Of a DNA stretch of 64,000 nucleotides, positions 29,767 through 39,940 are shown piece by piece. The notes beneath the pieces were generated by a model, which was not told the DNA's origin, did not search any database, and saw only the letters and a list, made by a program, of their open reading frames with translations. Location: positions 352,001 through 416,000 of the forward strand of contig CAWJIE010000003.1 of assembly GCA_963842885.1 (NCBI GenBank), given 5' to 3'. The stretch's first letter is position 1. The number at the start of each line of letters is the position of its first letter. The stretch comes from an uncultured Nitrososphaerota archaeon (lineage in GTDB: Archaea > Thermoproteota > Nitrososphaeria > Conexivisphaerales > DTJL01). Both the position numbers and the translations under genes were made by a program.

Positions 29767-30624
29767 TCGGCATCCTTCCGGTGTATACAGGAAATAGCGA
29801 ACTCACGTTAAAGCTTTTGAGATGGACATTCAGCGATTGCTGGAGCCCCAGTTCGGGGCGGGAAAGTTGTGGAGGACGGTTTCCCGATGAGGACCTTGTT
29901 CGAACTGGTGTTGAGGAGACAACGCATCAACTCGAGCCCTCGAAAGAGTTGTTCGACGCTGGTGGGCGGACATAGCGGGACTGACCCTGTCCAGAATGGT
30001 TCAAGCGGCCGGCTGATGGCAACGGATTCTTTTGCGTCTTTCGGAGAACGACCTCTTTGACCTGCTCCATAATCAATAAATACACACCAGCAGGCAACCT
30101 CAGAAACGAGCGGTGGTCGTCTAGCCTAGTCTAGGACATCAGCCTGCCACGCTGGTAACGCGAGTCCAAATCTCGCCCACCGCACCAGCAATTCTGTCCA
30201 AATCCCTGCTATCGACATGGGTTTTTCCTATCTCGCTTGACGACTGCATGGGATTATCCAAGAGGTAGAGTAGCTCTGACTGACATAAAAAGGCCATGTC
30301 GTCCGCTCCTGAGAAGTTGTAGGTTGATTGGGCGTGGGACCTGTTCGTCATCAACCGAACAATCCCCACCACAGACCCACTGACCATGGGTCCGAAGGGA
30401 CGAGTGCTCACATGGGTTCACAAAGCGGACTCCTCTGACCTGACAGAGTGCCCGTCGGGAACCGCTTCCACATAAGCCCTCTAACGGGCTGGGGCCCAAG
30501 GCGACCCCGTCAGAGATGTTCTATGACGATTACGGATAGCAAAGTTGGCAACCTAGCTGACTCGGTCGCTCTTGCTTACTCATTCGGGAGCCATAAGACG
30601 GTTTTCCGTCATTCACTTGGGGCC

Positions 30625-30664
30625 ATGTAACTGAGTTACGTAACTTAAATCCGACAGGCATTTA
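30625..30664 (+). promoter_or_regulatory. Promoter/operator copy A (palindrome GTAACTNAGTTAC upstream of a BRE/TATA-like element)
   Basis: ATGTAACTGAGTTACGTAACTTAAATCCGACAGGCATTTA; 34/40 identical to the inverted copy at 33894-33933. Confidence 0.75.
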
Positions 30665-30701
30665 GTCCAGACCAGACAGAGTCTTTTCGACCCACTAAGG
30701 T

Positions 30702-31322
30702 ATGCTGCAGATGCAAGATATCTGGAAGTCTTACGGTGCGATAAAGGTACTGGAGGGCGTCGGCCTCGAGGTCGAGGACGGCCATTCCATGTGCATCTAC
30801 GGGCAGAGCGGTTGCGGAAAGTCGACCCTGCTGAAGCTCGTAGCGCTAATCACGTCACCTGAGAGGGGGGCGCTTGTCGTAGACGGCACGGACACCACAA
30901 AACTGACGCCAAGCCAATTGGAGGAGTTCAGGAAGGAAAAGATAGCCTACTCCTTCCAAGAGCCGCTTCTTATCCCATACATCAGCGCAGTCGAGAACAT
31001 AACGGATATCGTGGGCGCGCCCAGGGACAGGGCCGTCGAGATGCTCTCTTCGTTGGGCCTGTCCCAAAGGCTTAACCACAGGCCTGGCAAACTCAGCGTG
31101 GGCGAAAAGAAAAGGGTGGACGTAGCTCGGGCTATGCTGAAAGGGTCGAAAATCATCGTGGCCGACGAGCCCCTGTCGAACCTCGACCCATCCACGGCGG
31201 AGACAGTGATGGCGCTGCTGAAGGAGCACACGTCAAAGGGTGGCATCTTGATCTATTCCTCCGTAGAGCCGACCGAATCCAAGTTCGCTGACGCCGCCTT
31301 CAACATGCAGAAGAGGGGCTGA
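30702..31322 (+). CDS. ABC transporter ATP-binding protein (LolD/MacB-like)
   Basis: GQSGCGKST Walker A, LSVGEKKR signature, ADEP Walker B. Confidence 0.9.
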   Translation: MLQMQDIWKSYGAIKVLEGVGLEVEDGHSMCIYGQSGCGKSTLLKLVALITSPERGALVVDGTDTTKLTPSQLEEFRKEKIAYSFQEPLLIPYISAVENITDIVGAPRDRAVEMLSSLGLSQRLNHRPGKLSVGEKKRVDVARAMLKGSKIIVADEPLSNLDPSTAETVMALLKEHTSKGGILIYSSVEPTESKFADAAFNMQKRG

Positions 31323-31352
31323 CCGACCCCCTGCAAGCAACGTCAGGCTTGG

Positions 31353-32573
31353 GTGCTGCGAATGAGACGTGTCGTTCTCACTCTCGTGCTCCGAAAGATC
31401 GCCAGAGAGGTCGGATGGACTCTGCTGGTCGTGGCGGTCATGGGCGCGGCCTTCTCGGGGGTGATGGTCGTCCCTTCGGTGGGGTCGTCGCTCGGGTCGG
31501 GTCTGAGGGACTACGCGAACACTGTGGGCACGTACATGATAGTCGCGCCCGTCAACTCGCCATCCGCGACCCTGCCCGCGGAAGCGGTAGAGAACATCAC
31601 TTCGGTCGAAGGGATTGAGGCGTCGTATCCCTTCTCCGCGAACAGCACTTTCTTCATCGTGCCTGGGGGAAATGCCACGAGCCTCCAGAACAGGGAAGCA
31701 CTGAGCGCAGTCGTAGGCGACGGCTACTTCCCACCCGAGCTGCTGTCTCTGACCTCAGGACGGATGCCATCCGCCAGCGGAGAGTACGTGCTCAACACGG
31801 AGGCGCCACCGATGGGTGGGATGGGCAGCATACAGGAGGCGTTCTTCTCGTGCTACTCCTGCGGCCAAGGAGGCGTCTTGGGCACGACGTTCAGCGCGAC
31901 CGACGTGGGGGCCGTGGCCACGGACCTCTACCTTTCGGACATTCAGGTGTTCTGGAATGCCACCTTCGTCGAAAACCAACTGGGGGCATCCACGTTTCAA
32001 GCCACATACGGCAATGGGTCGGTGAATTACGTTGTGCTAAGAGTGGACAGCCTTAGCCATATGGCGGCGGTATCGGAAGCGGTTTCCCAAATCCTCCAAG
32101 CGTACCCAGGTTTCGCGGTCGAGTACGACCAGTCGCTCCAGATGACGCTCGAGTCTTTCGTCACCAACGCCTCTCCCGCCTACGCTCTGCTATCGGCAGC
32201 CGCCATCGGGCTGGTCGTTGCGGTGGCCGCCATCCTTGCCCAGATAGTCTCCCGTAGGCGCAGGTGGGAGGTGGGGCTTCTGGCGGTCCAAGGCTGGGGG
32301 AGGAACGAGGTAGCGGGCGTATATTTCGTCTACTTCCTTGTGCTCTCGTTCGTCTCCGTGGCAATCAGCTCTGTGATCTCCTTCGTTTCTATCCAAAGGG
32401 TGACGGCGACTTACAGCCAGTACGGCGGGACTTTCACCATAGCTTCGCATCTGGACCCCATGGCCGTGCCACTGACCTTCGTGCTCGCCTTCATAATCTC
32501 GCTGCTATCGGCCTACGTCGTGTCCAGGGGGACGAGGGGGAGGGCCTTGGACCGCACCTTCCGCGACCTCTAG
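31353..32573 (+). CDS. FtsX/MacB-like ABC permease
   Basis: TM, large extracellular domain, then 3 TM; RRRRWEVGLLAVQGW. Confidence 0.8.
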   Translation: MLRMRRVVLTLVLRKIAREVGWTLLVVAVMGAAFSGVMVVPSVGSSLGSGLRDYANTVGTYMIVAPVNSPSATLPAEAVENITSVEGIEASYPFSANSTFFIVPGGNATSLQNREALSAVVGDGYFPPELLSLTSGRMPSASGEYVLNTEAPPMGGMGSIQEAFFSCYSCGQGGVLGTTFSATDVGAVATDLYLSDIQVFWNATFVENQLGASTFQATYGNGSVNYVVLRVDSLSHMAAVSEAVSQILQAYPGFAVEYDQSLQMTLESFVTNASPAYALLSAAAIGLVVAVAAILAQIVSRRRRWEVGLLAVQGWGRNEVAGVYFVYFLVLSFVSVAISSVISFVSIQRVTATYSQYGGTFTIASHLDPMAVPLTFVLAFIISLLSAYVVSRGTRGRALDRTFRDL

Positions 32574-33862
32574 TACTCCCTGAGTATCCCGTCAAGGCCC
32601 AGCCTCTTCATCCTTCGGACGAAGACCAGGCCTGAAAGGCAGGCAACCACCATCATAAGTGCCAGCGCTGCGAGGACATAGTACGGATCGAGGTAGGCTG
32701 TGAAGCGCACGGTCTGCCCGTACACGCTGTAAGAGGCACCGAAGGAGCCGATTAGGTAGGCTGACAAGGGGAGGGAGATGGCCAGCGCTATTCCCCCCAT
32801 CACCATCAGATAGGACCAGTAGTACTGGAGCACTTCGTTCCACGACCACCCCTCCGCCAGCACTAGGCCCGCCTCCCACGACCTTCTTCCGACTACGATG
32901 TACGCTACGAAGAAGACGACCGCCGCCACGGATGCAAGCGACGCCAACCCCAGGGCCTCGTAGACTGGCCCAGTCAGCCCGTTGTATGAAAGCAGGCTTG
33001 CCTTCAGCGCTTGGTTGGAAACGATCCCGAAGACTGGATAGGGCTCCAGAACGGCCTCAAGGGCAGCAACGACAGGCTGGACATCTTGCAGTGTATCGAC
33101 CTTCAGTATTACATAGTCCGCGTAGCTCTGGTCGTTGCCCAAGAAGGTCTGATTATAAAGGGTAGGTCCCATGAAGTTCTCCACATACGTGGAGTTCCAC
33201 AGGATGAAGACGTCGCCCAGCAGCGGGTTCGAGGCCGTTAGCCCGACGGCCGTGGCGTTGAATTCGGCCGTCACGTTCGGCCCGTTAAAGCATGTGAGAC
33301 AGCTGAACTCGACATCGTAGGTGCCATTGATGTGCCAGCCAGAAAGCATCTTTCCGTTGAACATCATTTCGGGCTCCGCGGAACTGGGATAGCGTCCTGA
33401 GGCCAACGTCAATAGCGAAGCGGGGAAGCCGTTGGGGCCTCCTATCATCGCCGACCGAGCAGATGAGCGCACGGAAGCAAGCGTCACGTTCTGGCCGTTG
33501 TAGACTTCCGTCACGTTGTGCTCGACGAACGTCGTGGCGTTGGTCATCACGGGCCAGACCTCCTGCACTCCGTTTATCGCAGACAGGTTCTCCACGACGC
33601 TCTTGGGCAACGACCTAGCACATTGTTCGCTCGGGAGGCAGGCCGATCCCTTGCCAGACATGACCACCACGTACGCGCCGATTCCGTTCATGTAAGAGAC
33701 CAGACCGCTGTCCAAGCTGGCGCTCGTGGATGGTATCAGCATGCCAGCCGTAAGCAGCGCCGTCAGGACGGCGACTATCATGAGCGACCACGCCGCTTCG
33801 TGCGCAATGCGCTTGACGGAGAGCCCGACTAACCTCGACCTGCGCCCTGCCAAGTGGTTCAC
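32570..33862 (-). CDS. FtsX/MacB-like ABC permease, paralog convergent with the previous gene
   Basis: Same architecture; RRSWEAGLVLAEGW; stop codons overlap by 4 bp. Confidence 0.8.
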   Translation of the reverse strand: MNHLAGRRSRLVGLSVKRIAHEAAWSLMIVAVLTALLTAGMLIPSTSASLDSGLVSYMNGIGAYVVVMSGKGSACLPSEQCARSLPKSVVENLSAINGVQEVWPVMTNATTFVEHNVTEVYNGQNVTLASVRSSARSAMIGGPNGFPASLLTLASGRYPSSAEPEMMFNGKMLSGWHINGTYDVEFSCLTCFNGPNVTAEFNATAVGLTASNPLLGDVFILWNSTYVENFMGPTLYNQTFLGNDQSYADYVILKVDTLQDVQPVVAALEAVLEPYPVFGIVSNQALKASLLSYNGLTGPVYEALGLASLASVAAVVFFVAYIVVGRRSWEAGLVLAEGWSWNEVLQYYWSYLMVMGGIALAISLPLSAYLIGSFGASYSVYGQTVRFTAYLDPYYVLAALALMMVVACLSGLVFVRRMKRLGLDGILREY

Positions 33863-33893
33863 TAATGTTGCTTCATACGTCCCCTTTCCGAAT

Positions 33894-33933
33894 TAAATGG
33901 CTGTCGAACTTCAATTACGTAACTTAGTTACAT
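33894..33933 (-). promoter_or_regulatory. Promoter/operator copy B
   Basis: Reverse complement ATGTAACTAAGTTACGTAATTGAAGTTCGACAGCCATTTA, about 30 bp upstream of the permease start. Confidence 0.75.
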
Positions 33934-33954
33934 CGACCTTAGGTGCTCCTATGC

Positions 33955-34299
33955 CTACCTGCCGAGCTTGTCGTATATTCTCCGAAGGTCGGCGAGCAGG
34001 GCCTCGCCAGAGGGTGTAAGGTGGTATACGGTCTGCTCCTCCGACTTTTTGCCCTGTACGAAGCTCTTGGACCCAAGGTCGTCAAGGAAACGCTTGGCCA
34101 TGCTGAAATTGAGCCTGGCGCAGAAGGCGATCTCTCCCATTGTCATGGAGCGGTCCTGCAACAGCTCAAGGATGCAGACATAGAGGTCGAACCTTGACCT
34201 TCTGCGTCTCTGGCCGAGGAGGAAAGTGAAGCGGGGGACCTGGGACACAACGGCAGCATCTCCTCCTACGAACGCTGTCGTCAGCAAGGAAGGGTCCAT
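33955..34299 (-). CDS. Small winged-helix DNA-binding protein (archaeal 'RSR..I..IL' type); start uncertain
   Basis: RRSRFDLYVCILELLQDRSMTMGEIAFCARLNFSMAKRFLDDL...YHLTPSGEALL. Confidence 0.72.
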   Translation of the reverse strand: MDPSLLTTAFVGGDAAVVSQVPRFTFLLGQRRRRSRFDLYVCILELLQDRSMTMGEIAFCARLNFSMAKRFLDDLGSKSFVQGKKSEEQTVYHLTPSGEALLADLRRIYDKLGR

Positions 34300-34679
34300 G
34301 TCCTGCCATTCGTTAATGGTGTGACCATAGATGATCCCTCCGCGCACGTAATCTGTAACCGCCGTGCCATGCCACACCCCGAGGTACGCTACCTCAATCG
34401 CGGGAGACTGAAAACGAAAGGGAGGATTCCAAGAGAGAAGGGATGCTAGGCACACGAGCGGGTTCGAGGCCGATCCGACCAAAAGGCAGACGAGCATCAG
34501 ACAAGCGCATCGACGTGAGGGCACGGCTGGCATCATTATCACAAAAAGAGAGGGGACCCTATTTAGTTTGCGGGAATCGACGCAGAAATCAAGCCCGATT
34601 GCATGTAGAGTGTGGGATTTGCGAAGGTTCCAGTCCAGCAACCTGACTGCCACGGCCACCGCGAGCATCGCTTTCCGTT

Positions 34680-35226
34680 TCGTGGACCTTTGCTGCTGGA
34701 CATATCCTCCGACAGGGTTTGCTCTCCTTCGCAAATAGAGTCGCAACAGGCTCAGGGCGATGCCCACGGCGGCAGTCCAGAACGCGACGTCGATCAGCAG
34801 TCCCGTCATGTCGAGATAGAACATCGGAAGCGAACCAGGCGGTCCAAAAGTGAAAAGCTGATGCGCCCACGCCAGGGGCCACCCGACATCGAAGTGTGCG
34901 GAGGTCAGGCTCCCCCATGACGTGGAGAGGGTCAGTGCTAACCCAGACCCAATGCTGGCGAGGACCGATCCTCCCCTCTCTGATGCGAACGCGGACGTTA
35001 TGGCGGTCAGTCCCAGCACCATTCCGATGACGTTGAGCATGGGGAGGTTGAAGGGCCAGAGAAGTGGAGCAAAGGTGAAGCCGCTTGATGGAGAGCCCAG
35101 GATGCCCACGTACGCGTCGTGCGGAATGGTAGCCACATCTGCCATGATGGACAGGATTCCGACGACGATGCAGGTGTTCCTGAAGGTCCTGCCAGACTTA
35201 ATGGCCGTGATACTTCTCGACATCAA
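34680..35226 (-). CDS. Hypothetical multi-pass membrane protein; true end uncertain because the ORF reads through into the wHTH gene
   Basis: Hydrophobic N-terminal half of the 423-aa ORF (GWPLAW, GLLIDVAFW). Confidence 0.5.
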
Positions 35227-35236
35227 TAACCGCTGT

Positions 35237-35780
35237 TCACGGTTTAACGCTCTCCTCGGAATCCGCCTTCTTCAGCATCTCGCCCAGCAGGCTTAGGAGA
35301 AGCTTGCCCTGCTGGGTCAGGCCGTACATCTTGATCGCTCCTGACTCGGCGTACACGGCCACGATGCCATACTTCTCAAGAAGGTCCAGGTCACGGTCCA
35401 CCTCCTTCCAGTCGAGACCTGTCACCTGAGCCAGCTCGGACCTGTGTTTGGGCGTGTCCATGCTCCGCAGGAGTTCGAGCCGCGATCCTGCCCCCTTCAT
35501 CTTCACCATCAGGTCGTAGACGTTGTCGTCGACGCCCGCCTTCTTCAGGGTCCGCCTGCCGTTCCTGTCGACGATGAAGGCCACGCCAACGATGGCCCAG
35601 CTCAGCGCTGCCACTGGGAAGGCTAGGGCGCCGAACTCTCCGCAGCAACTGCGGGTCGCATGGCGTGCCCAGCGCCCATGGATAGAAGGTCGATAGGTAA
35701 TAGGTGTAGCCAATGGCGAAAGGAGGACACGATCACGGCAACACGAACGCCGCAGCCAGAGCGACCGTTGAGAGCCTCAA
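35237..35780 (-). CDS. Membrane-anchored wHTH regulator with frameshifted N-terminus
   Basis: Signal/TM-like start MRLSTVALAAAFVL at TTG35780; C-terminal MKGAGSRLELL...HRSELAQVTGLDWKEVDRDLDLLEKYGIV HTH. Confidence 0.65.
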
Positions 35781-35956
35781 TACTGTGAAGATGAAATGCG
35801 CTGTTCTCCTATTAGCTTTTCCCAGACGATACTGGGAAACCTGTAAATGCCATCAGACCACCTTCAATGAAGACACGGGAGACGGATGAGAACATTCAGT
35901 GGCGGACTCAAGGCCATACCTCGGCCTTCGAATTATTCAAGAAGGAGAAAAGGGAA

Positions 35957-36538
35957 ATGCTAGCTGTGAAGAAGGCCAAGGCGTCTCTCGTCGCAGCGGC
36001 GCTAGCGGCAGCGATCCTGGTTCTCGTCTTCGCCCCCGTTGTGCCAGAGAAGGTCACCGCCGACAGGCTGAACGGGGGGCTGCTGTTGACGGACGAGATG
36101 AAGAACCCTGACGTCGGAGCCGCTCCAACGCAGATCACCCAGAGCCCTGCCTTCATGGCCGAGACCCAAGGCAGGACCTACGTATTCGAGGGAGCGGTCA
36201 GCGGTTCCATCACCTATTACACCTTTGAAAGCCTTGGGGACCACGTCGCAACTGCGTGCAATTCCATCATCTATCGAGAGGTAACTGACGTGCTGATCGT
36301 CGGCGAACCACTGGGCAACGCATCCTACATAACCAGCATGACGGAGGTCGAGACGCCCTACCTGGACTTCGGGAACATGACCTTCTCTCATTCTGGCGGC
36401 GTCACCTATCACTGCAGTCAAGAATCCATCGCGATGAAGGACGTGCCCTCTCAGGCCGTTTTCTCCTCCGTGATCTTCGCGGTCAGTGGGCTCGGAGCGG
36501 CTTACGCCCCTGGCATAGGCTACCTCTGGTTCGCTTAA
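35957..36538 (+). CDS. Hypothetical secreted/membrane protein
   Basis: Signal-like LVAAALAAAILVLVFAPVVP; hydrophobic C-terminus. Confidence 0.65.
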   Translation: MLAVKKAKASLVAAALAAAILVLVFAPVVPEKVTADRLNGGLLLTDEMKNPDVGAAPTQITQSPAFMAETQGRTYVFEGAVSGSITYYTFESLGDHVATACNSIIYREVTDVLIVGEPLGNASYITSMTEVETPYLDFGNMTFSHSGGVTYHCSQESIAMKDVPSQAVFSSVIFAVSGLGAAYAPGIGYLWFA

Positions 36539-36902
36539 TCCGCCCTACGGTGTTCGGCATTTCGGCTGCGTATTGAATCCCTCTTTCGTTGATAACGATG
36601 CCTAATCAAGGAATTAGAAAGCGAGTCCGCACCGTTGGGGATTCGTAGTTGGCTGAATACTCAACCTGTGGGCATGGGGCTGCGAAAGGGCCGTTCACCC
36701 TAGAGCAGGGGACTGTGCGCGGCTCATCCATTGCTGGACCCATAGCCAGTCATCTTCTCTCCGAACCGAACGTGAAATCGGATTCCGTCAAGCTCTGCAT
36801 CGTGACGCTGTCGGTCTTCCACGGAGGACCACCGAAAGTCTTGGGAGGACCTGTTGTTCACAGGCAAGGCGTTAAATCTCCTGCCGTTCGAAGAACGTCG
36901 CA

Positions 36903-37421
36903 ATGGATGCCAACGCCCCCGTCGACGGGTTCGACCAGTCAAGGGCGGAACTGTTCGAGACGTTAAGTCATCCCGCGCGGATGAAGATCCTCACGGCGCT
37001 GGGCGGCGGCCCTATGGGGTTCGCCGACCTGAAGAGAGTCGCGGGGATAGAGAGCAGCGGCAACATGCAGTTCCATCTTGGCAGGCTGAAGGGTCTGGTC
37101 GCCACCGTCGCTGACGGAAGCTACGTCCTCACGGATGAGGGGAAGGATGCACTACGGATGATGACCGTTTCAAGCCGCACTGGCGATTTTATACGGGTAG
37201 CGAGACGGGTATTCTTGGATCGCAAGACCTGGGCTGTCATCGCATTCTCGTTGGCATTCGGGCTAACCGCCATTTTCCTACCGATATTCCAAACCTTCGT
37301 TCTTCAGCCGTGCAACACGGGCATCTGCCTCGTGGCGTACGTCAGGGCTCATGTCTCGCTGACCTACCTGCTATTCGGCTTCGGCGGCGTCACGCTGGGC
37401 TCGTCGTATTACTTCTGGTAG
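36903..37421 (+). CDS. ArsR-like wHTH regulator with C-terminal membrane domain
   Basis: SRAELFETLSHPARMKIL...GFADLKRVAGIESSGNMQFHLGRL followed by TM. Confidence 0.82.
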   Translation: MDANAPVDGFDQSRAELFETLSHPARMKILTALGGGPMGFADLKRVAGIESSGNMQFHLGRLKGLVATVADGSYVLTDEGKDALRMMTVSSRTGDFIRVARRVFLDRKTWAVIAFSLAFGLTAIFLPIFQTFVLQPCNTGICLVAYVRAHVSLTYLLFGFGGVTLGSSYYFW

Positions 37422-37458
37422 GACTTCGTTAACAAGGGTCGCCGATGTCGCTTCTCAC

Positions 37459-37599
37459 TCATCTTCTCCTGCTCAGCTCGTCTGTGAGCTTCAGGTAGTA
37501 GATGGCCAGCCCCAGGGAGTGACCCATCAGGAATTGTACGTAAGCGGACTTCATGGTCTTCTGGGCTCTGGTCTCGAAAAACTTCCTGAAGCCGTGGAC
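37459..37599 (-). pseudogene. C-terminal remnant of a tyrosine recombinase/integrase
   Basis: Hand translation VHGFRKFFETRAQKTMKSAYVQFLMGHSLGLAIYYLKLTDELSRRR*: HxxR, MGH and catalytic-Tyr region. Confidence 0.78.
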
Positions 37600-37619
37600 A
37601 TTCCCATTTCTCGCAGATT

Positions 37620-38573
37620 CTATTCCTGGACGAGCAGCATTACCAAGGAGCTCTGCGAGTCCAAGATCACCCCCGCCTCAGGAGCATGGTTCGCTGCAAA
37701 GGATGGTGTGCCCTCCCCTAGTACGACCGCGCTATCTGTCCCATTAGGCCCGAAGGTGTAAAAGCTCCCCGGTGCTGCAGGATTGCTGGACATGTCTGCC
37801 ACAAAGGACGTGCTTTCCCCGTCACCGAACGAAAGCTGCACCACGGGGGAGTGGAACATGATCTTCTCATAAGAGACATTGTTGGAGTTGGAACAGAAAG
37901 TTGACGTAATGCCGGAGCTTGAGAACGAAAACACAACAACAACCAAACTTGACCTTGACGCGCCGCTGCATGCGCTAAGATTGTCTATGTCTATTGCGAC
38001 TGGAGGCCCCTGAGGGAGGGTGAGGAGCTGATACCCCAGGAAACTGAAGACTACACCATGGAACGCAAAGGACGACACGTTATAGAGAGTGTCAGCAGCC
38101 ACCGCCTTGTACCAATACGTCACGCCGCCGATCTGCACGGTATCACCCCGAGCCGATGAGGGGACCTGCCCCAACCCCGGAATGAGACCTTGCTGGGCCA
38201 TCGCGACCGATCCGATGATGACCATAATGATGACCAACACGCCGACCACAATCCTATGCCCAACGATGTACCGCCTGAGACGTCCAATCCCGGGCCTGCG
38301 AGACCGCATCTTCTCGACGGCTTCTATGATAGCCAGAGCTTCCTCTCCTTGGTGGGTGAGGGCGTAGCCTCCCTCTGGACGCTCGCAAACGAGGCCCTCC
38401 ATCTTCCCCAGGTGAAACGAAAGAAGCCCGTTGCTGGCAATTCCTGTCTTCCTCTTCAGCCCTGCGAAACCGAGAGGCTCCTCTCCCAAGGCCTCGAGAA
38501 TGCTGACCCTGCTCGGATGGCCCAGGATTTCGAACAGTTCAGCCCTAGACTTCTCCTGCCCAGAGGCGCTCAA
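37620..38573 (-). CDS. ArsR-like wHTH regulator with a TM helix and extracellular domain
   Basis: SRAELFEILGHPSRVSIL...GFAGLKRKTGIASNGLLSFHLGKM, then TM and a beta-rich domain. Confidence 0.82.
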   Translation of the reverse strand: MSASGQEKSRAELFEILGHPSRVSILEALGEEPLGFAGLKRKTGIASNGLLSFHLGKMEGLVCERPEGGYALTHQGEEALAIIEAVEKMRSRRPGIGRLRRYIVGHRIVVGVLVIIMVIIGSVAMAQQGLIPGLGQVPSSARGDTVQIGGVTYWYKAVAADTLYNVSSFAFHGVVFSFLGYQLLTLPQGPPVAIDIDNLSACSGASRSSLVVVVFSFSSSGITSTFCSNSNNVSYEKIMFHSPVVQLSFGDGESTSFVADMSSNPAAPGSFYTFGPNGTDSAVVLGEGTPSFAANHAPEAGVILDSQSSLVMLLVQE

Positions 38574-38584
38574 GAAGCGTCTAC

Positions 38585-39935
38585 GTGACTGTATCGAACC
38601 CGCCTTTAATTATCTTCCTTCCGGGCTCCTTCAAGGAGGGAGGTCAACGCGGGTTGACTTCCAGGCGTCGGGCTTCGACGCCGATGTCAACGCCTGAGGC
38701 ATTAAATCATCACAGGCCCGTCTGGAGATACGTGGGCATTGCCAAGGAAGGCGGGCCGGGCGATTACGGACCGATTTGCCATGGCAGAACCTCAAGCAAC
38801 ATCTCCTATGAGGTAGGAGCGCTCCTGGTCTTGGCATTGATGGCGATGGCCCCTCTGCTCCAGAGCGTCACCTTCGCTGACAACGGAGCGTCCGCGGCGT
38901 CGTCTTTCGATTCCTCCAGCTTGGCCGTCGGGGACTATGCGAACTACTCGTGGAGCAACTACTCCTTGAGCTACCTGGTGGGGTTTCACCCCGGCGGGGC
39001 GTCCGCAAGCGATTCCCTTCAATTCCTGAACACGACATGTGATCACATATGACGAGATGAAGTTTGGGTGGCGCATCGTGGCTGTCTATCAAGACACCTA
39101 CGTGGTTGACTACTCCCTGTCATTGGCAGGGATTCAGGGAACTGGGGCTTCGTTAGATTTCCAGCGTAATGTCATTGTCTCGAGGACGAACAACAGCGTC
39201 TATGACCTGAACGGCACCCTGTATGGGACATGGCCCTACTGGCTTGCGCCCAGCTACCTGTCTCTTCAGGGCAATTTCACGCCCGCCCATGGCTTTCCAG
39301 AGGGTGTCACGAACTTCACGACGGGCCAGCCCACCATCCAGTTCAATACGCCAGACGAATTCCTCAGCCTTCCCTTGGGCAACGGGATGCCTTCAAGACC
39401 CCTCAACTCAACGGACTTCCTTCGCTCGACGCTGAACATAACAGCGCTGGGGACCTTCGATACGGATAGACTGATAGTGACCTATCCCTGGGGAGTGATT
39501 ACCAACCTGACTGGCGTCTCAGGCCTTCCTAACGGCATGATGGCCATAGGGTGGGTGTCGCCGATCTGGTTGGGCATCTACGATCGCTTCAGCGGCATCA
39601 TGCTCGCGTATCAGTTTTCCACCTCATGGTTCACGGACGACATACTGTTGCACTCCTCCTTCGATGTCTGGCAGATCGGGTCCGCCAATGAAAGCCTGAT
39701 ACTGACAGCCACGAATCTACCCATAAAGGCGGACGTACCTGTCAGCCCAGGGGCGCCCGGCAGCGGATACACAACCCTTCTTGCGGCTGCGGTCGCCGTA
39801 GTAGCGGCTGTACTCTTATCGGTCGCCCTCTTTCGTCGGCGCAGGATGAAGAGGGCACAAGGCGGCCCTCAGGGGAGGAGCGCCCAAGCCCCTCCTACCC
39901 TACGACACAGCAAGCCCAGTCCTAATGGAGCCTAG
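38585..39935 (+). CDS. Secreted, C-terminally anchored protein; frameshift near 39040, start uncertain
   Basis: Signal-like LLVLALMAMAPLL, LAVGDYANYS, many N-x-S/T sequons, C-terminal TM plus RRRR. Confidence 0.6.
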
Positions 39936-39940
39936 AGGCC

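Noticed and set aside
33955-35226. 423-aa membrane-wHTH fusion ORF
   Set aside because: The middle third does not look protein-like; probably two genes joined by a missing stop or indel
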